A stretch of DNA of 64,000 nt from Candidatus Delongbacteria bacterium (GCA_963663545.1 OY760505.1:1984001-2048000), one strand, 5' to 3'. Shown: positions 28,453 through 38,958, numbered from the stretch's first letter. A program made the numbers and translations. The notes: a model not told the origin generated them from the letters alone.

Positions 28453-30657
28453 ATGACGGCATCCCGGGCAAGTAAGGAATTCGCCAAAGCACTCTCGCAG
28501 TTGGCACGTCTCCAGGAGAGCCAGCATCTTAAAGTTGAGGTGCTGTATTATCTGGCTGCAGAGGGCGACTCCGTCCCGCGCGAAGAACTGATGGGGGTTC
28601 TGGCCACGGCCGGCGATCCCGATCCACGAGCCTCGCTGAAGGCTTTGGTGGACGCAGGACTGATTCGTAACCGACGTCTGCAATCTGCCGGTGACACACT
28701 CCCTGTATTAAGTCTGGTCGAAGAGCTGAAGCCGCTGTTGATGCTTCCGCCCTTTTACTGTAATCGCATGCGTTCGCGCCTCGCGTCAGCGAGCATTCCT
28801 GACCTCAAGCGCATGGTCGAGGGTTTCTACGCCCAGTCGCCGATTAGCGTGGATGCTGAATCCCGGAATCCGGTCGCGCTGTTGGCGGGCATGAAAGCAC
28901 TGCTCCTCGATCCGGCGGCATTCCGCGAAGCAGCAACGAAGAACCTGGACCTGGCACAGCGAGCCATGCTAAAAGTGCTTTCCATGGCTCCGCGCGGACT
29001 CACCTTGCGCGAGCTGAAGCAGCACCTTGGCTACTTTGGCGAAAAGCTGGGCAGCGAGGACCTGAAGCAGATGCTGCAGGAAACCTGGCGCATTTGCGGG
29101 CTGATCTACACCAGCGAGGGTGACGCGGTGTTACGCCGCGACCAGTACTTCCCCGGTGATACACGCGTGATGCTTGTTCAGGATGCGGTTGCCATGATCA
29201 AGGGCAACTTCATGCTGGACAGTGCTCCGCTGCAAATTATCCCGGTCTTCAATGCACGGCAGACACCCGACACGTGGAAGGTGCGTCTCGAGTTGGGCAT
29301 GGGTTTCCGCAACGCCATGGTCATTCTGACTTGGTTGATCAGTCACCGTGTATCACGCATCCTCAAGGGGGGTGTGCACAAGACTGAGATCCGCAAAGTG
29401 AACTCCATGTTCACACCGCCACAGGAAGATGCCTCGCTCTTCAATCATCTCTTCGACTATTTCGAGCAGTACGATATCGTGCGTGTGCACAACGGTGTGT
29501 GGGCGGTCAATGTGCCCAAGGCGCAGAAGTTCTTTGCCGATCCCGCTGCCACACTGCAGGCCATGATGAACGACTACTACGGTCTGGACATCATGGATCG
29601 TGCCAGCTGTGATGCGCGAGCCGAGTCACAAGAGGCTGGCACCTTTGATCCGCTGCGCGTTATCTGGCTGCTGCGCTTCATCAGCTCCCAGGTCTGGATT
29701 GGGGTCGAAGAATTCGCGCACCTTTATGTGCAGCTCGAAGGCGGGTTCCGTGATACAAACTATCGCACCGAAGTAGAGAAGTTTGTTGCCCACCAGCTCG
29801 ATCGTCCACTGTTTTGGTTCGGTCTGGTCGAGCTGTCGCGTGATCCGGACGAGGGGCGGCTGCTCTTTCGTCTGAGCGAGCGGGGCCGATGCGTGTTACA
29901 CGAAGGCAAAATGCCGGATGACCTGGGGCAGATGTTCCAGCAGCAGGAGAAACTGCTGGTGCAGAGCAACCTGGAAATCTTTTTGCCGAATCGTTTCTCG
30001 CCAGCGGGGACGCTCTTCCTTGCACGCTTCGCAGATTTCACCGGAAAATGCTTCAAGCTCAACAACCAGTCGCTTTCCCGCGGACTGGATTCCGGTTTGA
30101 ATCTCGAGCAGATTCGCGACTTCCTACGCGACAACTCTTCGCAAGAGATCCCGCAGAACGTCAGCTATCTGCTTGAGGAAGTGGCCAATCGCCACGGACA
30201 TCTGTTGGTGGATCCGCAGCGCATGCTCATCAAGACCGAGACGCCTTTCCTCTTGAAGGAGCTGAGCATTGTTCCGGGCTTGCGCCGCTATTACCTTGCA
30301 CAAATCAGTGACACTGTCATGCTGCTGGCGCACGATGCAAAAGTCCCGCGCATGGTGGAAGAGCTGAGACGAATGGGCTATCTGCCGCGTGTTCGCTGGG
30401 ATGCCGTCATCGACGAGAGCGTCGATCAACTGGATTTGACTCTTGAAGAGCGGCAGCAGTTGGTGGCTTTGATTAAGGCGTATGAGTTCTCCGACCAGGT
30501 GGATCCGCGCCTGGGGCAGACGCTGCTGCAAATCGACAAGCAGCTCGACGAAGAGGACCAGGCCTTGAAACAGGCTACGAAGCAGCGCAGTCTGGGACTC
30601 TCCTATGAACTTCTGGAGCGACTTGGAAGGGCTGTGCGCCAAGGCTACTTGAAGTAG
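28453..30657 (+). CDS. Helicase-associated (XPB/Ssl2 N-terminal-like, Helicase_C_3) domain protein
   Basis: LLVQSNLEIF...LARFAD...FKLNNQSLSRGLDSG...IRDFL...EIPQNVSYLLEE. No Walker motifs seen. Confidence 0.7.
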   Translation: MTASRASKEFAKALSQLARLQESQHLKVEVLYYLAAEGDSVPREELMGVLATAGDPDPRASLKALVDAGLIRNRRLQSAGDTLPVLSLVEELKPLLMLPPFYCNRMRSRLASASIPDLKRMVEGFYAQSPISVDAESRNPVALLAGMKALLLDPAAFREAATKNLDLAQRAMLKVLSMAPRGLTLRELKQHLGYFGEKLGSEDLKQMLQETWRICGLIYTSEGDAVLRRDQYFPGDTRVMLVQDAVAMIKGNFMLDSAPLQIIPVFNARQTPDTWKVRLELGMGFRNAMVILTWLISHRVSRILKGGVHKTEIRKVNSMFTPPQEDASLFNHLFDYFEQYDIVRVHNGVWAVNVPKAQKFFADPAATLQAMMNDYYGLDIMDRASCDARAESQEAGTFDPLRVIWLLRFISSQVWIGVEEFAHLYVQLEGGFRDTNYRTEVEKFVAHQLDRPLFWFGLVELSRDPDEGRLLFRLSERGRCVLHEGKMPDDLGQMFQQQEKLLVQSNLEIFLPNRFSPAGTLFLARFADFTGKCFKLNNQSLSRGLDSGLNLEQIRDFLRDNSSQEIPQNVSYLLEEVANRHGHLLVDPQRMLIKTETPFLLKELSIVPGLRRYYLAQISDTVMLLAHDAKVPRMVEELRRMGYLPRVRWDAVIDESVDQLDLTLEERQQLVALIKAYEFSDQVDPRLGQTLLQIDKQLDEEDQALKQATKQRSLGLSYELLERLGRAVRQGYLK

Positions 30658-30775
30658 AATTTCGCTACGGGGGAATTCTAGCGGGCGCAAGCCCGCTTGG
30701 TAACATGAATCAAACAGGATTGTACAATCCTTTCGGCCGGTCATTGACTGGCCGTCCTTGCATAAGGAGGAGGCG

Positions 30776-31843
30776 ATGAGCCTGACCCGTGAAAAGATCT
30801 TGCAGATGCCCAAGGCGGAGCTTCACTGCCACCTTGACGGCTCGCTACGCTTGGAAACCATGATTGCGCTGGCCAAAGAGCGCAAGGTCAAGCTGCCCTC
30901 GGAGGATCCTGCGGAACTGCGCAGCATCCTGCGTCTGGGCGACAATTTCGACAACCTGGTAGACTACCTCACCGTGTTCAAACACACGCTGTCGGTGATG
31001 CAGGATCGCGAGGCGCTAGAGCGCACCGCGTTTGAGCTCGCCGAGGACTGCGCCGCCGAGAACGTCCGCTGGCTGGAGGTCCGTTACAGTCCCATTCTCC
31101 ACACCGAGCAGGGGCTGAGTCTCACGCGCGTCATGGACGCTGTGCTTGACGGTCTGCGCCGCGCGGAGCGCAAGTACAACATTCGCTGCGGCGTCATTGT
31201 GTGCGGCATGCGCAATATCAACCCCAGTACTTCGATGCGGTTGGCCGAGTTGACGGTGGCCTACAAGAATTCTGGCGTGGTCGGTTTCGACCTTGCCGGT
31301 GCCGAGGCCAACTTCCCGGCCAAGGACCACCGCGAGGCCTTTTATCTGATTCGAAACAACAACATTAACTGCACGGTGCACGCAGGCGAGGCCTATGGCC
31401 CCGAGAGCATTCATCAGGCATTGCATTTCCTCAACGCGCACCGCATCGGCCACGCGACACGGCTCAAAGAAGACGGCGATCTATTGAATTACATGAACGA
31501 CCGCCGCATTCCCATTGAAGCCTGTCCTACGAGCAATGTGCAGACACGTGTCGTGCGCGACTTGGGAGAGCATCCCATTCGCTTCTATCTGGATTACGGT
31601 CTGCGTGTTACCGTGAACACCGACAATCGCCTGATCAGTGATACAACGGTGACGGAAGAGCTGTGGCGCTTGACGCAGCAGTTCGGCCTTGATGAGACCG
31701 AGGTGGTCAAATTGGTCACCAATGGATTCAAATCCGCCTTTCTGCCCTACCGCGAGAAGCAGAACATGATCAACGACGCTCTGCACGAAGTGGGCTTCGG
31801 CGGTGTTCTGGTCGGTTACGGCGAGGATGATATTCGCAAGTAA
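30776..31843 (+). CDS. add: Adenosine deaminase
   Basis: PKAELHCHLDGS, GFDLAGAE, TVHAGE, RIGH, CPTSN, NTDN. AGGAGG RBS. Confidence 0.93.
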   Translation: MSLTREKILQMPKAELHCHLDGSLRLETMIALAKERKVKLPSEDPAELRSILRLGDNFDNLVDYLTVFKHTLSVMQDREALERTAFELAEDCAAENVRWLEVRYSPILHTEQGLSLTRVMDAVLDGLRRAERKYNIRCGVIVCGMRNINPSTSMRLAELTVAYKNSGVVGFDLAGAEANFPAKDHREAFYLIRNNNINCTVHAGEAYGPESIHQALHFLNAHRIGHATRLKEDGDLLNYMNDRRIPIEACPTSNVQTRVVRDLGEHPIRFYLDYGLRVTVNTDNRLISDTTVTEELWRLTQQFGLDETEVVKLVTNGFKSAFLPYREKQNMINDALHEVGFGGVLVGYGEDDIRK

Positions 31844-31877
31844 AGACGACGTTGTGATACAAGACAAGAGGCTCCGC

Positions 31878-34800
31878 ATGAAGAAATGTCTGTTTGGCCT
31901 GGCCCTGGTGCTACTGGCCTCGGTAACCCCGCTTCGCGCCCAGCAAGCTGATCATGTGGTGATCAGCGAGCTGCGCTACTACGAGACCTCCCAGGTCAAT
32001 GAAGAGTTCGTCGAACTCTACAACCCCACCAACTTCTCGGTGGATGTTAGCGGCTGGCACATCCAGTACAAGTCGCGTACGGGCACGGACTGGTCGGATA
32101 AGACCATTTTTCCCGCTAACACAATCATGCCTGCGCACGGATTCCTGCTGTACGGCGGTAACGCTGTCACGCCCGAACCCGATTTCGTCTCAACCGCTAC
32201 TCTCGGCCTGGGCAATAGCGGCGGCCACGTACGTATCACAAATGCCAGCTTGACCGACATCGATCGCATCGGCTGGAGTAGTGAGGCAGACAACCCTGAA
32301 GGAACCGCCTTGGGCGCAACCGAGCGCGGTGGCAGCTTTGAGCGCAAAGCGTCCGAAACCAGTACCGAAGCCAGCATGAATCCCGGCGGCGCTGAGGAGC
32401 TGGAGGGCAATGGCTGGGATAGCAACAACAACGCTTCGGACTTTGTGACACACAACAGCATCGCAAACGTGTATCCGCAGACTCTGAGCAGTGGATCCGA
32501 GCCCGACGAGCCTCTTACCGATGGCAGTGGAACCGCCGTTTGCAGTGTCAGCCAGATTCAGGCTCCCGCAGCCGTAGACATGAGTGTTACGGTTACAGCC
32601 GGTGAGCACACGCTGACCACCGTGTACCTTGAGCTGCCCGTGGACTGGACCTGGAGCAGTGCCACCATCGATGGGCAGGGCTTCACCGACGCCGTGTTGA
32701 CCACAGACGGTCAGCAGCTGCAAGTAACCGCAGCTGGCGTGGAAGGCGCGGGCACTGGCATTTTCAACCTTGTTGGTGTATCACCGACCACGACCACGGG
32801 CACCTATTCCTTGGTGGTCTACACGGCCGTTGAGGGTGGAACGCCTTCGCCCATTCAGAGCTCTCCGAGTATTGTTGTGCTGGGTGATCCCATCGACATC
32901 GGTGATCTGCACGACAACGACAGCAGTGGTCTACCCCTGCTGATGGGCCAGACCATCGTCGTCGAGGGTATTGTCACCGTGGCCGACGAGTTCGGTATTA
33001 CGACCTACATGCAGGACGCCACAGGCGGTATCGTGTGCTACAGCTCCGATGTGGCCAATGGCTGCGCCATCGGTGATCGTATCACGGTCATGGGCACCGT
33101 TGCCCCCTATAGTGGCCTCTGCGAGCTGCAGCCTTCCAGCATTATTACCAACCACGGCCAGGCTCCTGAATTGGATCCCGAGGTTGTCACCTGCGCCGAT
33201 ATCGCCAACCAGGGCGCCGGCGGTGAGCCGTATGAGGGCATGCTGGTCCGCCTCAACAGCGTCACGGTCAATGGCTCGGGTAGCTGGGCCGGTAACACCA
33301 ATTATGACATCACCGATGGCACGGGATCGACCCAGATCCGCATCGACTCGGATACCGACCTGGTCGGCGCACCCATTCCGGCTGGTGCTTTTGACCTGAT
33401 TGCTGTGGTGAGCCAGTATGACTTCAGTGTGCCGCATTTCAGCGGATATCAGCTGATTCCGCGCTTCACCGACGACGTTGTGGAGAGCGCAGGCCCCGGT
33501 ATCACGGCGGGTCCCGCAGAGTGTGCATTGGCTCAGACCAGCGTCGACCTGTGTTGGTCCACACGCAACCCCGGCAGCAGTTTCTGCACCTGGGGCGGCG
33601 TGGATGGTGTCATTGACGATTCAATGTATGTGGACGAGTCTGTCAGCGAGCACACCTTCACGGTCAGCGGCCTGAGTGCGGGCGAGCCGTACTGGGCACG
33701 CGTCGGCAGTAGCGATGAATCCGGCACCAGCATCAGCCGCGAGTACTGGTTCAGCACGGTGTCACCCAGCACAAGTCCTCAGACCATTCAATCCTTCTTT
33801 ACGCAGAGTGTGGAAACCGACTTGGCGATGGAAGGCAACGAGGCCAACGGCAACCACAATATGGTAGGCGAGGTGGTGAGTCTGATCAACAGTGCTCAGT
33901 CCTCGCTGGACATGTGCATTTACAGTTTGAACATCTTCAGCGTTGCTCAGGCCGTTATTGACGCTCACGATCGTGGCGTGGCCGTGCGCTTTATCTACGA
34001 CGACGAGCACAGTCAGGGCGAAGTGGCCCAGATCGAGAATGCTGGTGTCACGGTCATCGATGACAGCTACGGCAGCAATGATGGTGATGGCCTGCAGCAC
34101 AACAAGTTCATCGTTGTGGACGGTGCCGCCGACGCTCCCGTAGCGACTTCGGCGGTTTGGACCGGCAGTCTGAATCTGATCGATGAGCCCACCAACTATG
34201 GTATCCACGCCAAGCAGAACGTGGTGCTCATTCGTGACCGCGCCCTGGCCCGCACCTATCGCCAGGAATTCAATGAGATGTGGGGCAGCGACAACCTGAC
34301 TCCCAACGCCACCAACAGTCGCTTTGGCGCCAACAAGACCAACAACACGGCCCACTATTTCAATGTTGGCGGCACCGCGCTGGAAGCCTGGTTCAGCCCC
34401 GGCGACCACGTTGCCCAGCGCATCATCAATCAGATTGACGAAGCGGATGAGTCGGTCTACTTCTGCATTCTCACCTTCACCAGCAATGATATCGGTTACG
34501 CCATGCGCGACGTGATACAGGCCGGTGGCGTTGTTCGCGGACTGTTTGATGACGAGGGCGACAGCTACAGTGAGTGGCAGCCGCTGATCAACTACGGCGC
34601 CGAAGTGCTGCTGGATGTGGGTAGCGGCATTCTGCATCACAAGTACATGCTGATTGATGCTGAAAGCTGGGACAGCAACCCCACTGTGGTAACCGGCTCG
34701 TACAACTGGTCCAGCAGCGCCGAGAATAGCAACAATGAGAATATCGTGGTGATCCATAATCGCGAGATCGCAAACCAGTACATGCAGGAGTTTGCCTACC

Positions 34801-35126
34801 AGTATCACGCGGCAGGTGGCGAGGCTGAGTTTGTCGATGTGGCGGAGCCCGTAGTTGCCCCGACCAGTGCGAAGATCACCGCTGTGTATCCGAACCCCTT
34901 CAATCCCGGAACGCACATCGCATACGAACTGCCTTATCAGCAGGACGTGAAGATTGCGGTGTACAACCTGGCCGGTCAGCTGGTTCGCACTCTGCAGAAC
35001 GGCGAAATGACCGCCGGTTCGCACGAGGCCTGGTTTGATGGCAGCGCCTTGGCAAGTGGCGTGTACATGGTTCGTCTGGAAACAGCCCAGACCACCAGCA
35101 CGACCAAAATGGTGCTGTTGAAGTAA
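31878..35126 (+). CDS. Secreted lamin-tail / OB-fold / FN3 / phospholipase D-family nuclease with Por-type CTD
   Basis: Signal peptide, VVISE..EFVELYNPT (LTD), two HKD motifs (HNKFIVVD, HHKYMLID...TGSYNW), YPNPFNP...KMVLLK. Confidence 0.85.
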   Translation: MKKCLFGLALVLLASVTPLRAQQADHVVISELRYYETSQVNEEFVELYNPTNFSVDVSGWHIQYKSRTGTDWSDKTIFPANTIMPAHGFLLYGGNAVTPEPDFVSTATLGLGNSGGHVRITNASLTDIDRIGWSSEADNPEGTALGATERGGSFERKASETSTEASMNPGGAEELEGNGWDSNNNASDFVTHNSIANVYPQTLSSGSEPDEPLTDGSGTAVCSVSQIQAPAAVDMSVTVTAGEHTLTTVYLELPVDWTWSSATIDGQGFTDAVLTTDGQQLQVTAAGVEGAGTGIFNLVGVSPTTTTGTYSLVVYTAVEGGTPSPIQSSPSIVVLGDPIDIGDLHDNDSSGLPLLMGQTIVVEGIVTVADEFGITTYMQDATGGIVCYSSDVANGCAIGDRITVMGTVAPYSGLCELQPSSIITNHGQAPELDPEVVTCADIANQGAGGEPYEGMLVRLNSVTVNGSGSWAGNTNYDITDGTGSTQIRIDSDTDLVGAPIPAGAFDLIAVVSQYDFSVPHFSGYQLIPRFTDDVVESAGPGITAGPAECALAQTSVDLCWSTRNPGSSFCTWGGVDGVIDDSMYVDESVSEHTFTVSGLSAGEPYWARVGSSDESGTSISREYWFSTVSPSTSPQTIQSFFTQSVETDLAMEGNEANGNHNMVGEVVSLINSAQSSLDMCIYSLNIFSVAQAVIDAHDRGVAVRFIYDDEHSQGEVAQIENAGVTVIDDSYGSNDGDGLQHNKFIVVDGAADAPVATSAVWTGSLNLIDEPTNYGIHAKQNVVLIRDRALARTYRQEFNEMWGSDNLTPNATNSRFGANKTNNTAHYFNVGGTALEAWFSPGDHVAQRIINQIDEADESVYFCILTFTSNDIGYAMRDVIQAGGVVRGLFDDEGDSYSEWQPLINYGAEVLLDVGSGILHHKYMLIDAESWDSNPTVVTGSYNWSSSAENSNNENIVVIHNREIANQYMQEFAYQYHAAGGEAEFVDVAEPVVAPTSAKITAVYPNPFNPGTHIAYELPYQQDVKIAVYNLAGQLVRTLQNGEMTAGSHEAWFDGSALASGVYMVRLETAQTTSTTKMVLLK

Positions 35127-35142
35127 AAGGCTGCAAAGCTAC

Positions 35143-35179
35143 AAGCGGCGTTTCCTGCGGGAGACGCCGCTTTTCTTTT
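35143..35179 (+). terminator. Rho-independent terminator
   Basis: AAGCGGCGTTTCC...GGAGACGCCGCTT followed by a T-tract. Confidence 0.8.
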
Positions 35180-35279
35180 CAGAAGCCAGCCCTCTCTTTT
35201 CCTGATTGCCGCAAGTATTGTACTCTTGTGGCTCGGTTCACTACCGGTAAATCGCGCATGAAGCAGAGGATGTCGCAGG

Positions 35280-36056
35280 ATGAAATACTTGATCACAGGA
35301 GCAGGTGGAACGGTGGGTCGCGCCCTGACGGCCTGTTTGCATGATCGTGGTCATGTAACCATTGCCTGGGACAAACAACACGTTCCCGTGAATCACTACA
35401 TGGCCATGGAGCATTTTGTACGTGATACAGCTCCCGACGGCCTGTTTCATCTGGCGGTTGCCAGCAGCAGCACGGGTATGGAGAACGAGAGCTGGGAAGT
35501 GAACGTACACTGGGCAAGCGAGTTGGCCTGGATCACACGCAAGTTTCAGATTCCCATGCTTTTTGCCAGCTCCGTTACTGTGTTCAGCGACCAGACGCAG
35601 GGGCCCTTCGATTTGGATCGATTGCCGGACGCTGTCGATGGCTACGGCTTTGAAAAGCGCAAGGCGGAGGATCTGGTGTTGAATCAGAATCCTGCGGCGT
35701 GTGTGGCACGCTTGGGCTGGCAGATTGGTGAGGATTTTCACGGCAACCAGATGCTGGCTTGGCTGGAGCAGGAGTACATCGAAAAGAATGTGATACGCGC
35801 GAGCAGAAACTGGCTGCCAGCGTGCTCTTTTCTGCGTGATACGGCAGGCGCTCTCGTGGACCTTATCAGCGGTTCTGTCGGCGTGCACCACGTGGACGCC
35901 AATCCAGGTTGGGATTTTCATCGCATCGCGCAAGCGCTGAAAAAGCTGCACAAGCGCGAATGGGTGATCGAGGAGTGTGAGCTACCCATGCAGAACCAGT
36001 GCATGATGGACGCACGCATTCACCTTCCCAGTATTGCAGAACGACTGGGTGCGTAG
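35280..36056 (+). CDS. RmlD-like NAD(P)-dependent SDR oxidoreductase
   Basis: LITGAGGTVG, YGFEK (YxxxK). Confidence 0.75.
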   Translation: MKYLITGAGGTVGRALTACLHDRGHVTIAWDKQHVPVNHYMAMEHFVRDTAPDGLFHLAVASSSTGMENESWEVNVHWASELAWITRKFQIPMLFASSVTVFSDQTQGPFDLDRLPDAVDGYGFEKRKAEDLVLNQNPAACVARLGWQIGEDFHGNQMLAWLEQEYIEKNVIRASRNWLPACSFLRDTAGALVDLISGSVGVHHVDANPGWDFHRIAQALKKLHKREWVIEECELPMQNQCMMDARIHLPSIAERLGA

Positions 36057-36122
36057 AATTGTTTTGTGCTGGTGCGTAGCGCCGGCGCAACAGGGTGCGG
36101 GTGGTCTTCGGGCCACCCGCGT

Positions 36123-37601
36123 TTAGTATCCGGGTACCTCGCTCAGCTGGCAGTTATCACAGATGCCGCAATTCTGCTTCTCAAGAAAGCCGAAATAGGC
36201 GTGTATCACACGACGACGGCATTCCTCGCTATTGGCGTACGCTACCATCTGTTGCAGGCGGATCAGGTCTCGCTGACGTTTCTCTGCACGCAGTTCCGTG
36301 TCACACAAGTTGTCGGGAAGATCACCGATGACGCTCAGGTTGTGGGTTTCCAGGCTTCCTTGTGTTACACCAAAACGATCCAGCAGGGAAAGGGCGGTAT
36401 CCAGGCGGGGATCGCGCTTTCCTTTCCAGATCAGGCGTTCGGCAAAGAAGGCTTCGCCCCCGGAGTTAGCCTCGGCGGGATGGTCATGCAGCAGGCTCGT
36501 TATCGTTTGCAGGTAGTCCACGGGCGGGTTTGCCCATTCGGTGAAGTCCATCTGAATCAACAGGTCTTCCTGCGCGTAGAGCAGCTCACAACGAGCGGGT
36601 TTGCCGTCACGACCGGCGCGGCCGATTTCCTGTGCATAGGATTCGAGTGAGCCGGGTAGTTCGGCATGGACGATCAGGCCAATGTCTTCCTTATCGATGC
36701 CCAGACCAAAGGCGTTGGTCGCCAGCACAACTCGCTGACGCCCGCTCATGAATTCCTCTTGAATGCGACGGCGCGGTTTTGGTTCGAGCTTGCCGTGATA
36801 CATAGCGTGTGACACACCGGCCTTGCTCAGCATGCGGCTGAAATGTTCGAGTGTGCGAATCAGACTGAAATAGACGATGCTGGATCCCCGCGCCTTCTTC
36901 AACAGCGCTAGAATGTGTTCCAGCTTGTCTTTATCGTCGTAGACCTGGTCCACGCTGCAGGCGAGATTCGGCCGTTCGACACCTCCGTGAAAGAGTCGCA
37001 TTTCTCCAGCCAGGCCAAGTTGCAGAGCAATATCCTGCTGCACTTCCTGTGTGGCCGTCGCCGTCAAGGCCTGTGTCACGGGGTTACCCAGCAAGGCGCG
37101 AATCTCGCCCAGTCGAGTGTAATCGGGGCGGAAGTCGTGACCCCATTCCGAAACGCAATGCGCCTCGTCCACGGCCAGCATGCTGATCTTGCGCGAGGAC
37201 AGGGCGTCCAGGAACTCCTGCTTGCGAAAGCGCTCCGGCGTGACATAAAGCAAGCGCCCACGTCCTTCACGCAAGCGTCGATAGCGATTTTCGCGCTCGG
37301 CTCGCGCAAGACTGCTGTTAATGAATAGCGCGTCGACGCCCAGCGATTGCAGACGATCCACCTGATCCTTCATCAGCGCGATCAGCGGTGATACAACCAC
37401 CGTCAGTCCGTCGAGAAGCAACGCAGGGATTTGAAAGCAGACGCTCTTGCCCATGCCCGTCGGCATCAGCACCAGACTATGGGCACCCTGCAGAGTGTGC
37501 TCGATGACGGCTTCTTGCAGACCGCGGAATTTCTGATGACCGAAAACTCGTAGCAGCTCGTGGCGTGCTTGATCAATGTCGGGAGGAGTTGAAGATGTCA
37601 C
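36123..37601 (-). CDS. recQ: RecQ family ATP-dependent DNA helicase (short, no HRDC)
   Basis: MPTGMGKS, DEAHCVSEWGHDFRP, QEIGRAGRDG, CRR...CGICDNC. Confidence 0.9.
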   Translation of the reverse strand: MTSSTPPDIDQARHELLRVFGHQKFRGLQEAVIEHTLQGAHSLVLMPTGMGKSVCFQIPALLLDGLTVVVSPLIALMKDQVDRLQSLGVDALFINSSLARAERENRYRRLREGRGRLLYVTPERFRKQEFLDALSSRKISMLAVDEAHCVSEWGHDFRPDYTRLGEIRALLGNPVTQALTATATQEVQQDIALQLGLAGEMRLFHGGVERPNLACSVDQVYDDKDKLEHILALLKKARGSSIVYFSLIRTLEHFSRMLSKAGVSHAMYHGKLEPKPRRRIQEEFMSGRQRVVLATNAFGLGIDKEDIGLIVHAELPGSLESYAQEIGRAGRDGKPARCELLYAQEDLLIQMDFTEWANPPVDYLQTITSLLHDHPAEANSGGEAFFAERLIWKGKRDPRLDTALSLLDRFGVTQGSLETHNLSVIGDLPDNLCDTELRAEKRQRDLIRLQQMVAYANSEECRRRVIHAYFGFLEKQNCGICDNCQLSEVPGY

Positions 37602-37604
37602 TCG

Positions 37605-37778
37605 CTACAAATCGCTCTTTTTGGGCTGGTCGCGGTCTTGCAGAAACAGCGACTGCAGCCGCTCCAAACGTAATTCCTGATCCAGGGTGGCCTGTTCGAG
37701 CTGTTGCATTGTCCGTTCCATGTGCGCGAGTTTTTCCTCAATGCGCTGGATGTGACTGGAGTCGATGTGCTCACTCAT
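37605..37778 (-). CDS. SlyX-like small coiled-coil protein
   Basis: RIEEKLAHMERTMQQL pattern, 57 aa. Confidence 0.55.
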   Translation of the reverse strand: MSEHIDSSHIQRIEEKLAHMERTMQQLEQATLDQELRLERLQSLFLQDRDQPKKSDL

Positions 37779-37861
37779 CTGATCCCCCTGTCGGTTTTGT
37801 TGGTTGGCGCCCAAGTATCGTCAACTTAGGGTACAAGCGCCAGCGAGAGTGCAATGAGAAC

Positions 37862-38671
37862 TCAGTCGACAGACACATCAAGATGCAGTCCCGCATGACG
37901 CCGCATGTTGATCACGCCGGTGTCTAGAATCAAATACTGACCCTTGATACCCAGCAGTCGGCCGCGGATTTCTGGTGTTTTTTCAAGCGACAGGCTTTTC
38001 ACTTTGGCGGGCCACTGCATCACCGGCCAATGGAACCTGTGTTCCACAAACTCAAGCACCTGTGCGCCGTGGTCTTCGTGTAGCACGGCCAGAAGCTTTT
38101 CGCGCTCGAGGGCCAGATCCACGTCGGCCAACTCGCCTTTGAGCATGCGCTGCCAGGCGGTGCGATCGCTGAAGTGTTCGGCGGCAATGCGTTCCAGCAG
38201 ACCAACGTTAAAACGATCCTGAACTTGTAACACGGCGGTCGCGCGAGCTGCCCCCTGATCCAGCCAACGCGTAGGTACATTGGCCAGCCGCGTGATCCCC
38301 ACCTTGACACCGGCGGTCAGCGCCAGATAGAGAATGTGTGGCTTGAAGCAGTTGTCGCGCCCCCACTGTGGATCACGGCAGGGATTCGTCTGCTCGTGGA
38401 AGTGACACAACTCAGGTTTGAGAATGCAGATATCGTTCTGAGGAAGTGTGCTGAAGCAGGTCCAGCAACAGCCTTCGCCGTAGGTCTTGCGCAGCGGCTC
38501 GTGGCAATGTACGCAGTGAATCTCGCCATTGTGAACCAGGTGTAGCGATCGCTCCAGTGCAGAGTTCAGTTCGAGCGGTTGCCGATTTCCGTCGGCACTG
38601 CCGGGCAGCAACGCCCGAACTGTGTCGGCCTGCTCAAGAGTCAGTTTGCGAAGAGTACCGGACCATTCCAT
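37862..38671 (-). CDS. DUF2797 family protein
   Basis: CVHC...CWTCF, PHILYLA, KVGITR...RWLDQGA, GIKGQYL. Confidence 0.8.
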   Translation of the reverse strand: MEWSGTLRKLTLEQADTVRALLPGSADGNRQPLELNSALERSLHLVHNGEIHCVHCHEPLRKTYGEGCCWTCFSTLPQNDICILKPELCHFHEQTNPCRDPQWGRDNCFKPHILYLALTAGVKVGITRLANVPTRWLDQGAARATAVLQVQDRFNVGLLERIAAEHFSDRTAWQRMLKGELADVDLALEREKLLAVLHEDHGAQVLEFVEHRFHWPVMQWPAKVKSLSLEKTPEIRGRLLGIKGQYLILDTGVINMRRHAGLHLDVSVD

Positions 38672-38762
38672 GAAATCCTCCTGCGTGCAAGATAGCGAAG
38701 CAGCGGAGGAGCACCGGGCGGGTCTGCGAGCCGCGGAAGCTTTGGAATGCTACATTCACGAC

Positions 38763-38897
38763 AATTCTCGGGGATGGGTGCAATTCCCTGCCGGCGGTAA
38801 TGGCTCTTTAGGAGCACAAGTCCGCGAGTCGATCACAGATCGACGGGAAGCCGTGAGATTCGGCTGCCGACGGTTAGAGTCCGGATGGGAGAGAAGA
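38763..38897 (+). ncRNA. FMN riboswitch (RFN element)
   Basis: CGGGGATGGGTGCAATTCCCTGCCGGCGGT...AGTCCGCGA...GCCGACGGTTAGAGTCCGGATGGGAGAGAA, directly upstream of ribD. Confidence 0.93.
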
Positions 38898-38958
38898 CAG
38901 CCTGAAAACCTGGTTGCCACTTGGCCCGCAGTCCATCCCCGTTACATTTGGAGAATAA

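Noticed and set aside
30680..30760. Hairpins upstream of adenosine deaminase as a purine riboswitch
   Set aside because: No purine-aptamer consensus. There are only two simple stem-loops, likely a terminator and a leader hairpin.
28453..31843. Possible RADAR-like defence pair (large protein plus adenosine deaminase)
   Set aside because: The deaminase has ordinary housekeeping size and motifs, and the upstream protein lacks ATPase motifs.
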